From an uncultured Candidatus Rokubacteria bacterium (GTDB lineage: Bacteria > Methylomirabilota > Methylomirabilia > Rokubacteriales > DASRDR01), in contig CAWGVS010000007.1 of assembly GCA_963826115.1 (NCBI GenBank), positions 145,074 to 209,073 on the forward strand: 64,000 bases of DNA, read 5' to 3'. Made by a program: the position numbers and the translations under genes. Shown piece after piece: positions 24,847 to 34,061 of this stretch; position 1 is the first letter of the stretch, and each line of letters begins with the position of its first letter. The notes under the pieces were generated by a model that saw only the letters and a program-made list of their open reading frames with translations, made no database searches and had not been told where the DNA came from.

Positions 24847-25719
24847 TCACGTTGCAGGCTTCGGGGGGATCGGATCGACGCCGAGAATCCAGCCTTCGCG
24901 GCGCGCCGCCGCGGGGAGGCGGCTCCGCTCGGTCAGCGGCCAGCATCCCGACGCCATCGTGACGGCGGCCGCGAGGGCGTCGATCGCGTGGTCGGAGCGC
25001 GCCGCGCGCTGTCGGTGCACCGCGGAGAGTCGGATCTCTTGGCGGCGCAGCTCGCGGACGTGGCGCCGGCGCGCGCCGGCGTCGCTCTTGACCACGCGCC
25101 CGAGGGCCAGGCGCGGCCAGATCTCGGCCACGACGAGCGGCGCGCCCGCGGGATCCTCGAATGGCCAGACGCGCACGGCGGGCGCCTGCCGCTTCAGCTC
25201 GGCGAGGGCCGCGATTCCCGTGATGGCGGCCTTCCCGACCTGACGGGCTCCCACGAAGCCATAGCGACCGTTCGCACGCCGCAGCGCGCGGAGCGGCGAC
25301 TCGGCCCCCTGCGTCTGCCGCAGGCGCTCGACGCCTCGGCGGGTCCGCCGATCCCCGCGACCGCCGCACCTCCGCCACCACTCGCCGCACGCGTCGATGA
25401 AGGCGTCGGCCGCCACGAGGGACGCCATGTGGGCGAGCAGCGCCGAGAAGTCCCGCATGCGCAGGCGATCGAGGAACGGGACGGCGTAGGAGAACGGAAA
25501 ATCCAGGCCGACCAGCGTCGGCACTCCGTCCCCGGCGAGCGCGGCGAGCCAGCCCACGAGCTCCTGGCGATCACGGCCCCCGGCGAGCGCGGTCACCGCC
25601 CGACCGCCCGCGCCCAGCTCGACCACGCACGCGACGATGGCCTCCCGCTGCGCCCTCGGATCGCGCGCCCCCGACCAGTCGATGGCGACGAATCGCGCGG
25701 GGACGGACGAGGCTGCCAC
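24847..25719 (-). CDS. DUF429-like predicted nuclease (RNase H-like fold)
   Basis: VAIDWSGA, VGLDFPFSY, VAEIWP, DALAAA. Confidence 0.6.
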   Translation of the reverse strand: MAASSVPARFVAIDWSGARDPRAQREAIVACVVELGAGGRAVTALAGGRDRQELVGWLAALAGDGVPTLVGLDFPFSYAVPFLDRLRMRDFSALLAHMASLVAADAFIDACGEWWRRCGGRGDRRTRRGVERLRQTQGAESPLRALRRANGRYGFVGARQVGKAAITGIAALAELKRQAPAVRVWPFEDPAGAPLVVAEIWPRLALGRVVKSDAGARRRHVRELRRQEIRLSAVHRQRAARSDHAIDALAAAVTMASGCWPLTERSRLPAAARREGWILGVDPIPPKPAT

Positions 25720-25727
25720 CGGCTCCG

Positions 25728-26399
25728 TCAGTCCAGGATCGCGATGGCGCGCGCCGGCGCGCCGTCGCCGCCCTCGAGCCGGAGCGGGAGCGCGACGAAG
25801 CGGACGCGCTCGCGACCGATCCGGTCGAGGTTCACCAGGTACTCGATGACGCCGATCCCGGCGGGGAAGAACGTGTGGTGCGTCGCCCACTCCTCGGGGG
25901 CGATCGCGCGCCGGCGCCCGGTGACGAGCTCGCGCACCGGCTGGTCCGGCGGGTAGTCGTAGCCGACCGCCTTCACCCCGCGCGCCACCAGCCAGCGGCA
26001 GGCCGACAGGCTCGTCCACGGCGCCTCGGTCCAGAACTCGAGCGTCTCCCAGGACCGCCGCCGCGGCCAGTCGGTGCGGAGGAGCGCGATGTCGCCCGGC
26101 CGCACGTGCTGGCCCCGCGCCTCGAGGTCGGCGGCCTCGACCGCCGTGTTCGCGCCGACGTGGGTCAGGTCGACCACCGACGCCTCGCCCACCCACGTCT
26201 CGAGGGGCATCTGGTCGACCGGAAGGCCGCCAGGGAGGAAGTGGTTGACGCCGTCGCAGTGGGTGAAGCCGTGGCCGGGCATGGCCAGCCGGCTCGAGCG
26301 GAAGGGATGGGACGGGTCCTCGAAGTTCGAGACGACGGTCACCTCGGTCTTCCAGCGGACGTGCGCGCGGATCGGGAGCGAGAGGTCGACGATGGTCAC
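25728..26399 (-). CDS. Cyclase family protein (kynurenine formamidase-like metallohydrolase)
   Basis: IVDLSLP, HGFTHCDG, LLRTDW, IEYLVNL, GDGAPARAIA. Confidence 0.9.
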   Translation of the reverse strand: MTIVDLSLPIRAHVRWKTEVTVVSNFEDPSHPFRSSRLAMPGHGFTHCDGVNHFLPGGLPVDQMPLETWVGEASVVDLTHVGANTAVEAADLEARGQHVRPGDIALLRTDWPRRRSWETLEFWTEAPWTSLSACRWLVARGVKAVGYDYPPDQPVRELVTGRRRAIAPEEWATHHTFFPAGIGVIEYLVNLDRIGRERVRFVALPLRLEGGDGAPARAIAILD

Positions 26400-26402
26400 C
26401 GC

Positions 26403-26909
26403 TCAGCCTCCGAGCCCGACGGCGAGGTGGCGCGCGACCTCGGCGGGCGTCAGCCGCTCCACCGGATCGCCGGCCGCGACCTCGCCCGGGAGGAGAACCC
26501 GCGCGTACACGCGGCTCCACCCGGGGTGCCGCGTCTCGGACACGCGCGAGTACGCGCCGTCGAGGAACGCCGGCCGGACGGTCAGGCAGGGACTGGTGAA
26601 CCGCGTGATCTGCACGAGGACTTCCTCCCCCAGGCGGTAGAAGTCGCCCGGCTGGACGTGGGGCCAGTCGAACCCCGACACGGTGAGGTTCTCGCCGAGC
26701 GTGCCCGGCTCGACGGGGTGGCCCTCCGCCTGGAGGTCCTCGATGCGCTCGAGGGAGAAGAGGCAGAGCGCGCGATCCGGCCCCCCGTGAAGCTCTCGGT
26801 TCCGGTGGGCGTCGCCCTCGAGTCCCGAGCGCAGCACCCGGGCGCGCGGGACGGGACGCTTCGGCACCCCGCCCGGCGACACGTTGATCTGGACGATGCG
26901 CCCGGTCAT
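26403..26909 (-). CDS. MOSC domain protein (YiiM-like)
   Basis: GGVPK, GLEGD, HGGPDRALC, GENLT, TSPC. Confidence 0.9.
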   Translation of the reverse strand: MTGRIVQINVSPGGVPKRPVPRARVLRSGLEGDAHRNRELHGGPDRALCLFSLERIEDLQAEGHPVEPGTLGENLTVSGFDWPHVQPGDFYRLGEEVLVQITRFTSPCLTVRPAFLDGAYSRVSETRHPGWSRVYARVLLPGEVAAGDPVERLTPAEVARHLAVGLGG

Positions 26910-26914
26910 CCGGG

Positions 26915-27970
26915 TCAATCGAAGACGAAGACGCCCTTCCCCGTGGTCTGGGTGTCGAAGAGCCGGTAGGCGTCGGCGGCCTGCGGGAGCTGGAAACGGT
27001 GGGTGAGGAGCCGCGGGAGCGGCACCCGGCGCTTGACGATGAACCGGGCGCACTCCGCCTGGATCAGCGTGCTGAAGGTCCACGAGGCGTGGATCGTGAG
27101 CTGACGCCGCAAGAGGTCCGGGCTCACGTCGAAGGTCACCTGGTTCCCCTCGCCGACGAAGCCCACCCGGCCCCAGGTCCGGGTGGCCCGCGCCGCCGCC
27201 CGGCGCGCGTCGGGATGTCCCGTGCAGTCGAGCGCGGCGTCCACGCCTTCGCCGTCGGTGAGGGCCTTCAGCGCCTCCACCACGTCCGTCGCGCCGGGAT
27301 CGATCACCCCGTCGGCGCCGAGCTCCCGGCCGAGCGCTCGGCGCTCCGGACCCACGTCGACCGCGATGACGCGCGCGCCCATCGCCACCCCCAGCATCGT
27401 CGCGGACAGGCCGACCGGCCCCTGGCCGAAGACGGCGAGCGTGTCGCGGCCGGACACGTCGAGGCGGCGCAGCGCCTGGTACGCGGTCCCGGTCCCGCAG
27501 GAGATGGCGGCGCCCTCCTCGAACGAGAGTTCGTCGGGCAAGGGCACCAGGGTCGAGACGGGCACCGTCATGTACGGCGCGTGACCGCCGTGCCCCGTGA
27601 TCCCGTACACCACGATCCCGCGGGGACAGAGCTGCGCCCACCCGGCCCGGCAGTGCTTGCACTGCCCGCAGCCCTTGTAATGGTGGTTCATGACGCGCGC
27701 GCCGACGGGCGCGTCGCGCTCGAGCACGCCGGGCCCGCGCTCGGCCACGACCCCGCAGGGCTCGTGGCCGGCGATGCAGGGGCCGCCACCGCCGCCGAGC
27801 CCGAGGCTCTGGGCCGCCCCGCCGCTCCGCGACGCGCGATAGGGGTGGAGGTCGCTCCCGCACATGCCCGAAGCCTTCATGGCCAGCACGACCTCGCCCG
27901 GCCCGGGGCGGGGATCGGGGAACTCCCGGAGCTCCAGCTCGCGCTCGCCGAGAAAGACGACTCCGCGCAT
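26915..27970 (-). CDS. Zinc-dependent medium-chain dehydrogenase
   Basis: GMCGSDLH, GHEPCG, CGQCKHC...C, GQGPVG. Confidence 0.93.
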   Translation of the reverse strand: MRGVVFLGERELELREFPDPRPGPGEVVLAMKASGMCGSDLHPYRASRSGGAAQSLGLGGGGGPCIAGHEPCGVVAERGPGVLERDAPVGARVMNHHYKGCGQCKHCRAGWAQLCPRGIVVYGITGHGGHAPYMTVPVSTLVPLPDELSFEEGAAISCGTGTAYQALRRLDVSGRDTLAVFGQGPVGLSATMLGVAMGARVIAVDVGPERRALGRELGADGVIDPGATDVVEALKALTDGEGVDAALDCTGHPDARRAAARATRTWGRVGFVGEGNQVTFDVSPDLLRRQLTIHASWTFSTLIQAECARFIVKRRVPLPRLLTHRFQLPQAADAYRLFDTQTTGKGVFVFD

Positions 27971-28003
27971 GGTGCTCGCTCTGCCTCCCGGTTCAGGTGG
28001 TGC

Positions 28004-28540
28004 TCAGGTGCGGTTTCCGCGCGCCCGCCGGGCCGGAGCCTCGGACGGCGTGAGGACGCTCACCTGGAACGCGATGCCGGCGACGGCAAGCCCGAGGAAG
28101 ATCCACGGGCGCACGCCGGCGGAGACCGGCGCCAGGGGCGCGAGGAGCGCGGCGCCGACCAGGGCCGACAAGAGGATCAGGACGGGGTCCCAGAGCCACA
28201 GGACGAGGGCCGCGACGACGATGCCCGCCGCGAACGCGAGCGCCGAGAGCCAGGGGCCCTGGAGCCCGAGCGCCGCCGCGGCCGCGAGGCCGCCGTAGAC
28301 GCCCGCCGCGAACCCGCCGAGCCCGACGGCCAGCCACTGGAAGACGACCGCGAGCACCGCGCCCCCGATCCCCAGGACGAGCGCGGCCACCACGACCAGC
28401 CACTCCGGGCCGTCGACGACCTTCGGCGCCAGGTGGAGACCCACGGCGAACCCGGCGGCGCCGACGAAGACCCAGAACAGGCGGCGCCCGAACAGGAGGA
28501 CGGCAAGCCCGACGGCGACGGTCACCCACCAGCTGTCCAT
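28004..28540 (-). CDS. DUF4203-like membrane protein
   Basis: LLFGRRLFWVFVGAAGF, SALVGA, GIAFQ; hydrophobic throughout. Confidence 0.75.
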   Translation of the reverse strand: MDSWWVTVAVGLAVLLFGRRLFWVFVGAAGFAVGLHLAPKVVDGPEWLVVVAALVLGIGGAVLAVVFQWLAVGLGGFAAGVYGGLAAAAALGLQGPWLSALAFAAGIVVAALVLWLWDPVLILLSALVGAALLAPLAPVSAGVRPWIFLGLAVAGIAFQVSVLTPSEAPARRARGNRT

Positions 28541-28594
28541 GGGCGCGAGCGTACTACGGGGCCACGGGGGCCGTCATCCCTCGTCGGGCCGCGC

Positions 28595-29545
28595 TCAGGG
28601 CACGACCCGCGTGCCCGCGCGGCCGTCCAGCGCCGCGCGGAGGGCCGGAAGCGAGGTGACGATCGCCTCGCGGCCGCCCGCGGTGACGAAGTCGATGGCC
28701 GCCTCGATCTTGGGGCCGATCGACGCGGCCGGAAACTCTCGCGCGGCGAGGAGCGCGCGCGCCTCCGCGACGGACAGATGCTCGACGCCGATCGCCCGCG
28801 CCGTGCGGTGCCCGACCTCGACCTGATCGACGCCGGTGAGGAAGACCAGGCGGTCCGCGTCGAGCGCCGTCGCGAGGAGCGCGGCGGTCGCGTCCTCCTC
28901 GAGGACGGCGTCGACGCCCCGATGCTCCGCGCCCGTGTCGATCACCGGGACGCCGCCGCCCACGGCGGCGATCGTGAGGGCGCCGCCGTCGGCGAGCTGC
29001 CGGATCGCGGCCGCCTCGAGGATGCGGCGCGGTCGGGGCGCGGCCACGACCCGCCGCTGCGCCGCGCCGGCGCGGCCGGCGAACGTCCAGCCGTGCTCGC
29101 GCGCGAGCCGCCGCGCCGCGGCGGCCGAGCAGGGCGGCCCGACGGCCCGCGTCGGCCGCGCGAAGGCCGGATCGTCGGCGCTCACCTCGACGCGCGTCAC
29201 GACCACCGCGATCGGGAGCTCGACGCCGCGGGCGCGGGCGACGTTCCCGAGCGCCTGCAGGACCCCGTAGCCCGCGGTCCCCTGCGTCTCGGCGGCGCGG
29301 AGATCGAGCGGCCGCGGGGGGGGCGCCGGACGGCCGCGCCCACCGCCGCGTGGAGCGTCCTCGGACGGGGCATCGCCCGGGACCAGCACCACCCGGAACC
29401 CCGCGGCCACGACGTCGAGGAGCGGCGACAGGCTCCGCTCGAGGGCGCGGCGCCACGCGTCGCGCCCGCGCGGCCGGCCCGGCCCCTCGAGGGCCCGGCC
29501 ACCCAGCGCCACGACGAGGAGACGCTGGTCGCGCGACGGGCTCAC
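28595..29545 (-). CDS. Carbamate kinase-like protein with degenerate motifs
   Basis: VVALGG, AETQG, DDPAF, RRVV, GGGVPV, GPKIEAAIDF, GRAGTRV. Confidence 0.85.
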   Translation of the reverse strand: MSPSRDQRLLVVALGGRALEGPGRPRGRDAWRRALERSLSPLLDVVAAGFRVVLVPGDAPSEDAPRGGGRGRPAPPPRPLDLRAAETQGTAGYGVLQALGNVARARGVELPIAVVVTRVEVSADDPAFARPTRAVGPPCSAAAARRLAREHGWTFAGRAGAAQRRVVAAPRPRRILEAAAIRQLADGGALTIAAVGGGVPVIDTGAEHRGVDAVLEEDATAALLATALDADRLVFLTGVDQVEVGHRTARAIGVEHLSVAEARALLAAREFPAASIGPKIEAAIDFVTAGGREAIVTSLPALRAALDGRAGTRVVP

Positions 29546-30834
29546 GCGACGCCCCGCGCCCGCGCGAGCGCTTCCAGCGCGGCGATGAAGCAGCCGAGGG
29601 GCGCGCGGACGGTCCCCGCGCCGACCTGCCCGGTCCCCGCGCGCCGCCCCGCGATGCCGGTGTTGATGAGCGGCGTGATGCCGGTCTCCACGACGCGCCG
29701 GACGTCGATCCCAACGGGCGCGCCGCGGTCGTCGTCGGTCGCGATGCGGAAGTGCGGGTGCTCGCCGAGGGTGATCTCCCGCATGTCGGCCGTGACCGCG
29801 CGCGCCGCCGCGAGCCCACCCGCGCCGACGAACCGCGCGGCCGCCGGCGACGCCGCCATCGCCATCCCGCCCAGCCCGATCGTCTCGACGATGGCCGAGT
29901 CGCCCATGTCGGGATTCGCGTCCTCGGGCCCGAAGCCCGGGAAGAACAGGCCCTCGGGCGTCTCGACGGGTGCCGTGAACCAGCGCGACCCGCAGCCCGC
30001 GACGCGGATCCCGAACTCGGCGCCGTTGCGGGCCATCGCGGTGACGATCGTCGAGCCCGGCACGTCCGCGGCGGGGTCGGTGGCCGCCTTCCCCGCCGCC
30101 ATCGCGACGTTCAGGAAGAACTGGTCGTTCCCGCAGACGAACGCCGCAAGCCGGGCAAGCGCGCCGTCGCCGGCCTCCGCGCAGAGCGCGGGGAGGAGCC
30201 CGCGCGCCAGGAGCGAGGACGCGGCCACGTTCCGCTGGTGCATCTCGTCGCCCATGAGGAGGGCCTGCGTCATGAGCGGGCGCAGGGCGACGCCGCCCAG
30301 CCGGCGGAGCGCGCGGCCGAGCCGGGGACCTGCCTCGTCGCGGAGCCACGCCAGGCGCTCCAGCACGGGCGCGTCGTGGGCGCCGAAGCGCAGGACACGG
30401 CCGAGCCCCTCGTTGATCGCCGCGCACGCGCGGTTCCCGAACGCACGGTTCTCGACGACGAGGACGGGCATCGACCGGGTCACGAGCCCGGTCATCGGGC
30501 CCACGGCGCCCAGGTGGTGGCAGGGCTCGAAGCGCACGCCGCCCGACGCGGCAAGCCGCTCGGCCGCCTCGTCCGACGCGGCCCAGCCCTCGTAGCGGAG
30601 CGCGCCCACGACGGCGCCGCGGAGCGGCGGGCACATGGCCGTCCACGCGATCGGCGGCCCCGCGTGGAGAACCACGCGGTCCTCGAGGCCCAGCGCCTCG
30701 CCGGCCGGGATGCAGTCGACCAGGACGGGCTCGGCGGCGACCAGGCGCGCGAGCGCCTCGCGGTTCGCCGCCGCGACACCGGGCAGCGCAACGTTCACCG
30801 CGGCATGATCCCGCCCCGCCGGCGCGTGCGTCAA
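29542..30834 (-). CDS. DUF1116 (YlbE/YahG/AllG-like) protein; start uncertain
   Basis: LHAGPPI, PCHHLGAVGPM, NEGLG, MGDEMHQRN, ARNG, DMGDSAIVE, INTGIA, GQVGAG. Confidence 0.9.
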   Translation of the reverse strand: MTHAPAGRDHAAVNVALPGVAAANREALARLVAAEPVLVDCIPAGEALGLEDRVVLHAGPPIAWTAMCPPLRGAVVGALRYEGWAASDEAAERLAASGGVRFEPCHHLGAVGPMTGLVTRSMPVLVVENRAFGNRACAAINEGLGRVLRFGAHDAPVLERLAWLRDEAGPRLGRALRRLGGVALRPLMTQALLMGDEMHQRNVAASSLLARGLLPALCAEAGDGALARLAAFVCGNDQFFLNVAMAAGKAATDPAADVPGSTIVTAMARNGAEFGIRVAGCGSRWFTAPVETPEGLFFPGFGPEDANPDMGDSAIVETIGLGGMAMAASPAAARFVGAGGLAAARAVTADMREITLGEHPHFRIATDDDRGAPVGIDVRRVVETGITPLINTGIAGRRAGTGQVGAGTVRAPLGCFIAALEALARARGVA

Positions 30835-30914
30835 TCGGAAATCTGATCATCGGGCCGGCGGTGGCGCGCGTCACGCTCCCGGTGTAGCCTCCGGGTAGCT
30901 CGCCCGAGCGGCCG

Positions 30915-32603
30915 ATGTCCACGCCCGACCCGTCCGACTCTCTCGACGCGCTGGCGGAGGTGCTGGAGGCGCTGCGCGCGACGCGCTCGCGCCTCGAGAA
31001 GCGCCGCCTCCTGGTCGCCTACCTCCGGGCGCTGCCGGACGACGCGCTGGCGCACGCGGTCACCTATCTCGGCGGGCGGCCGTTCCCCCGCGGCGATGGC
31101 CGCACGCTGTCGGTGGGCGGGGCGACCCTCGATGCGGCGCTCCGCGCGGCGCGGCCGGAGCTGACCGACGAGGACGTCACGGCCGCCTGGCGCCGGCACG
31201 CGGACGCGGGCGACGCCGCCGCCGAGCTCTGGGCCGACACCGCGCCGGCCGATGCCTCGCCGATGCGCCTCGCCGACGTCGCCGCGATCTTCGAGGTCCT
31301 TCACCGCGCCCGCGGGCCCCGGGCGAAGGCGGAGCTGCTCGTCGCCGCGTTCCGGCGCCTGCCCGCCCGCGAGATCCGCGCGTTCGTCAAGGCGATGCTC
31401 GGCGAGGCGCGGATCGGCGTCCAGGAGCAGACCCTGGAGGACGCCGTGGCCCACGCGGTCGGCCAGCCGATCGAGGCCGTCCGCGCCGCGAACCGCCACC
31501 GGGCCGACCTCGGCGCGGTCGCGCGGGAGGCGCGCCGGGGGCCGCTCGAGCCCGCGCGGTTCGCCTACTTCACGCCCGTCGACCCCATGCTCGCGCAGCC
31601 GGCCGCCGACGCCGCCGACGCCGTCCGCCGGCTCGGAGCGCCGCTCTGGGTCGAGGACAAGTACGACGGCGTCCGGTGCCAGCTCCACAAGGTCGACGCG
31701 GAGGTCCGCCTCTACTCGCGGGACCGGCGCGAGCTGACGGTTCAGTTCCCCGAGGTCGTGGCCGGGTTCGCCGCCGCGCCGGGCCGGTACGTCCTGGACG
31801 GCGAGGTCCTCGCGATGGAGGACGGCCGCGCGCGCCCCTTCCTCCGCCTCCAGCAGCGGCTCGGGCGGCTCGAGCCCGCGCCGGACGTCGTGGCCGCGCA
31901 CCCGGTGGCGCTGGTCGCCTTCGACTGTCTCGCGCGCGGGGACGAGGGCCTCCTCGACGCGCCGCTCCGGACCCGGCGCGCGGCGCTCGAGAGCCTCCCG
32001 CTGCCGGCCGGCCAGGTCCTCGCGCCCGTGTGGACGGCGACGAGCGCCGACGACCTGGACGCGCTCTTCCGGGCGGCGCAGGCCCGGGGGAACGAGGGAT
32101 TGATGGTGAAGCAGCCGGATGCGCCCTACGCGTCAGGACGCCGGGGCGCCCAGTGGCTCAAGGTCAAGCGTCCGCTCGAGACGCTCGACGTCGTCGTGGT
32201 CGGCGCGGAATGGGGCCACGGCAAGCGCCGCGCCGTGCTCTCCGACGTCACGTTCGCCGTGCGCGACGAGGCGACGGGGCGCCTGGTGACGATCGGCAAG
32301 GCCTACAACGGGCTCACCGACGCGGAGATCCGCGAGATGACCGAGCGGCTCCTCGCGCTCACCGTCGAGGACCGGGGCCGCTACCGGACCGTGCGGCCCG
32401 AGATCGTCCTCGAGGTGGCATTCAACCACCTCCAGCGCTCGGCGCGCCACACCGCCGGCTATGCGCTCCGATTCCCGCGCATCGTGCGCGTCCGCGCGGA
32501 TCGGGCGCCCGAGGGCGCGAGCACGCTCGCCGACGTGGCCCGCCTCGCGGCCACGCTCGAGGCGGCCGGGCCGCCCTCGACCGGATCGGAGGTCGAGCGC
32601 TGA
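30915..32603 (+). CDS. lig: ATP-dependent DNA ligase
   Basis: PMLAQ, EDKYDGVRCQLH, LDGEV, EGLMVK, WLKVK, LRFPRIVRVR. Confidence 0.95.
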   Translation: MSTPDPSDSLDALAEVLEALRATRSRLEKRRLLVAYLRALPDDALAHAVTYLGGRPFPRGDGRTLSVGGATLDAALRAARPELTDEDVTAAWRRHADAGDAAAELWADTAPADASPMRLADVAAIFEVLHRARGPRAKAELLVAAFRRLPAREIRAFVKAMLGEARIGVQEQTLEDAVAHAVGQPIEAVRAANRHRADLGAVAREARRGPLEPARFAYFTPVDPMLAQPAADAADAVRRLGAPLWVEDKYDGVRCQLHKVDAEVRLYSRDRRELTVQFPEVVAGFAAAPGRYVLDGEVLAMEDGRARPFLRLQQRLGRLEPAPDVVAAHPVALVAFDCLARGDEGLLDAPLRTRRAALESLPLPAGQVLAPVWTATSADDLDALFRAAQARGNEGLMVKQPDAPYASGRRGAQWLKVKRPLETLDVVVVGAEWGHGKRRAVLSDVTFAVRDEATGRLVTIGKAYNGLTDAEIREMTERLLALTVEDRGRYRTVRPEIVLEVAFNHLQRSARHTAGYALRFPRIVRVRADRAPEGASTLADVARLAATLEAAGPPSTGSEVER

Positions 32604-32631
32604 CGGCGCGAGCGTCGCGGGTGCGCCCGCG

Positions 32632-33303
32632 CTACAGGACGCACCCCGTCTTCGCGATCCCGGCGTAGCGCGTCAGCGCCGGCGGCCAGGCCGGCGAGCG
32701 ACGCAGGGCGCGCTCGATGACGTCCCCGACGCGCTCGGGGTAGGCGTGATGCCAGTGCCCCAGGCCGTGGAGCGCGCTCTCCCGGCAGGCCAGCGAGTCG
32801 AGGCCCAGCGTCGCTTCCATGACGGACAGCGCCACCGTGTCGATCTCCCGGCGGGACGGATCCGCGGGGGCGCCGGCGAGCGGGAGGATGTCCCACCACA
32901 TGTAGCAGGCCCCGTTCAGAGGGCTCGCGCCCGGCTCGTCGATGTGGGAGAGATGGGGGGAGCACCGAACGGCAAAGAGCTTCTCGAACAGCGAGGTGAA
33001 CGACTCGAGACAGCGGACCCGATTCGCAAGCGGCGCCGACGCGTCCGTCAGCGCGAACATGTGGTCGCTGCCGGCATTGCTGACGAGATACCAGAAGCCC
33101 TGGTTCAGCTGCCGATCGTCGTAGCGGTCGAGGGAGTCCGCGGGATCCCCGAACAGGCGCGTCATGTGCCCGAGCGTCAGCGCGGCGGGGCCCGCCCACA
33201 CGGGAGTGTCCAGGTCGAAGTACCACGCCCGATCGGTCACGTCGTGATCGAAGACGTGCGCGACCCAGTCCTCGAACGACAGCGATTCGAGCTGGCGGCT
33301 CAT
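32632..33303 (-). CDS. Hypothetical protein, probably helical
   Basis: MSRQLESLSFEDWVAHVFDH...CYMWWD...ESALHGLGHW; protein-like composition. Confidence 0.7.
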   Translation of the reverse strand: MSRQLESLSFEDWVAHVFDHDVTDRAWYFDLDTPVWAGPAALTLGHMTRLFGDPADSLDRYDDRQLNQGFWYLVSNAGSDHMFALTDASAPLANRVRCLESFTSLFEKLFAVRCSPHLSHIDEPGASPLNGACYMWWDILPLAGAPADPSRREIDTVALSVMEATLGLDSLACRESALHGLGHWHHAYPERVGDVIERALRRSPAWPPALTRYAGIAKTGCVL

Positions 33304-33310
33304 CCCAACG

Positions 33311-33676
33311 TCAGCGGCCGGCGGCCCCCGCGAGGGCGGCCAGGACATGGGGCCCCAGGACGATCAGGCCGATGAGCGCCGCGCCCGCGGCGGTGATGAG
33401 CACCGCCCCGGCGGCGACGTCCTTCGCCTGAGCCGCCAGCGGGTGGCGCGCCGGCGACACCAGGTCCGTCAGCCGCTCCACGGCCGTGTTGGAGGCCTCG
33501 GCGGCCCAGACGGCCACGATGGCCAGCACGATCCAGCACCACTCGGCCCGGGTGAGCTCGAGCCACGCGCCGGCGGCCACGACCGCGGCCGCGACCCCCG
33601 CGTGGATCCGGGCGTTCCGCTGCGAGAGGAAGACCAAGGCGACGCCGCGGAAGGCGCAGCGCAGGCTCTCGATCAT
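33311..33676 (-). CDS. dgkA: Diacylglycerol/undecaprenol kinase
   Basis: QRNARIH, EASNTAVERLTDL, AKDVAAGAVL. Confidence 0.92.
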   Translation of the reverse strand: MIESLRCAFRGVALVFLSQRNARIHAGVAAAVVAAGAWLELTRAEWCWIVLAIVAVWAAEASNTAVERLTDLVSPARHPLAAQAKDVAAGAVLITAAGAALIGLIVLGPHVLAALAGAAGR

Positions 33677-33691
33677 GGCGGCGCGCCGAGC

Positions 33692-34024
33692 CTACGTGGG
33701 CTCCCCGCCGGGCGGGCCGTAGAAGACGACCCATGTCGCGAAGTCGTCGGAGAAGCCCTCGAAGCGATGCTCGACTTTCGCGGCGACGAAGAGCACGTCG
33801 CCGGGCCCGAAGGGGACGCGCTCGCCCCCGGCCACGAACGCGCCGCGTCCGCTCGCGACGACGTAGAGCTCGTCCTGGTCGTGCGGCGTCTGGAGATCGG
33901 CGCCCCGGGGCGCGTAGTAGCGGAGCTTCATGCTGCCGTGCTGCATGAGGAGCGCCGAGCGGGCTCCAGGCGGGATCGGCGCGACCTTGGCTTCCTCGAT
34001 CGTCGAGCGGACCGGCTGGCTCAT
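33692..34024 (-). CDS. Cupin domain protein
   Basis: QTPHDQDELYVV, GDVLFVAAKVEHRF; GAGGAGG RBS. Confidence 0.88.
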   Translation of the reverse strand: MSQPVRSTIEEAKVAPIPPGARSALLMQHGSMKLRYYAPRGADLQTPHDQDELYVVASGRGAFVAGGERVPFGPGDVLFVAAKVEHRFEGFSDDFATWVVFYGPPGGEPT

Positions 34025-34061
34025 GGGACGGCCTCCTCTCGGGAGTGTCGGGCGCGAGTCG

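Noticed and set aside
26999-30595. 1198-aa plus-strand ORF
   Set aside because: Arg/Ala/Pro-rich shadow of four recognisable minus-strand genes.
30915-33303. DNA ligase plus hypothetical gene as an NHEJ or defence locus
   Set aside because: The genes are convergent, and no Ku, nuclease or helicase partner is adjacent.
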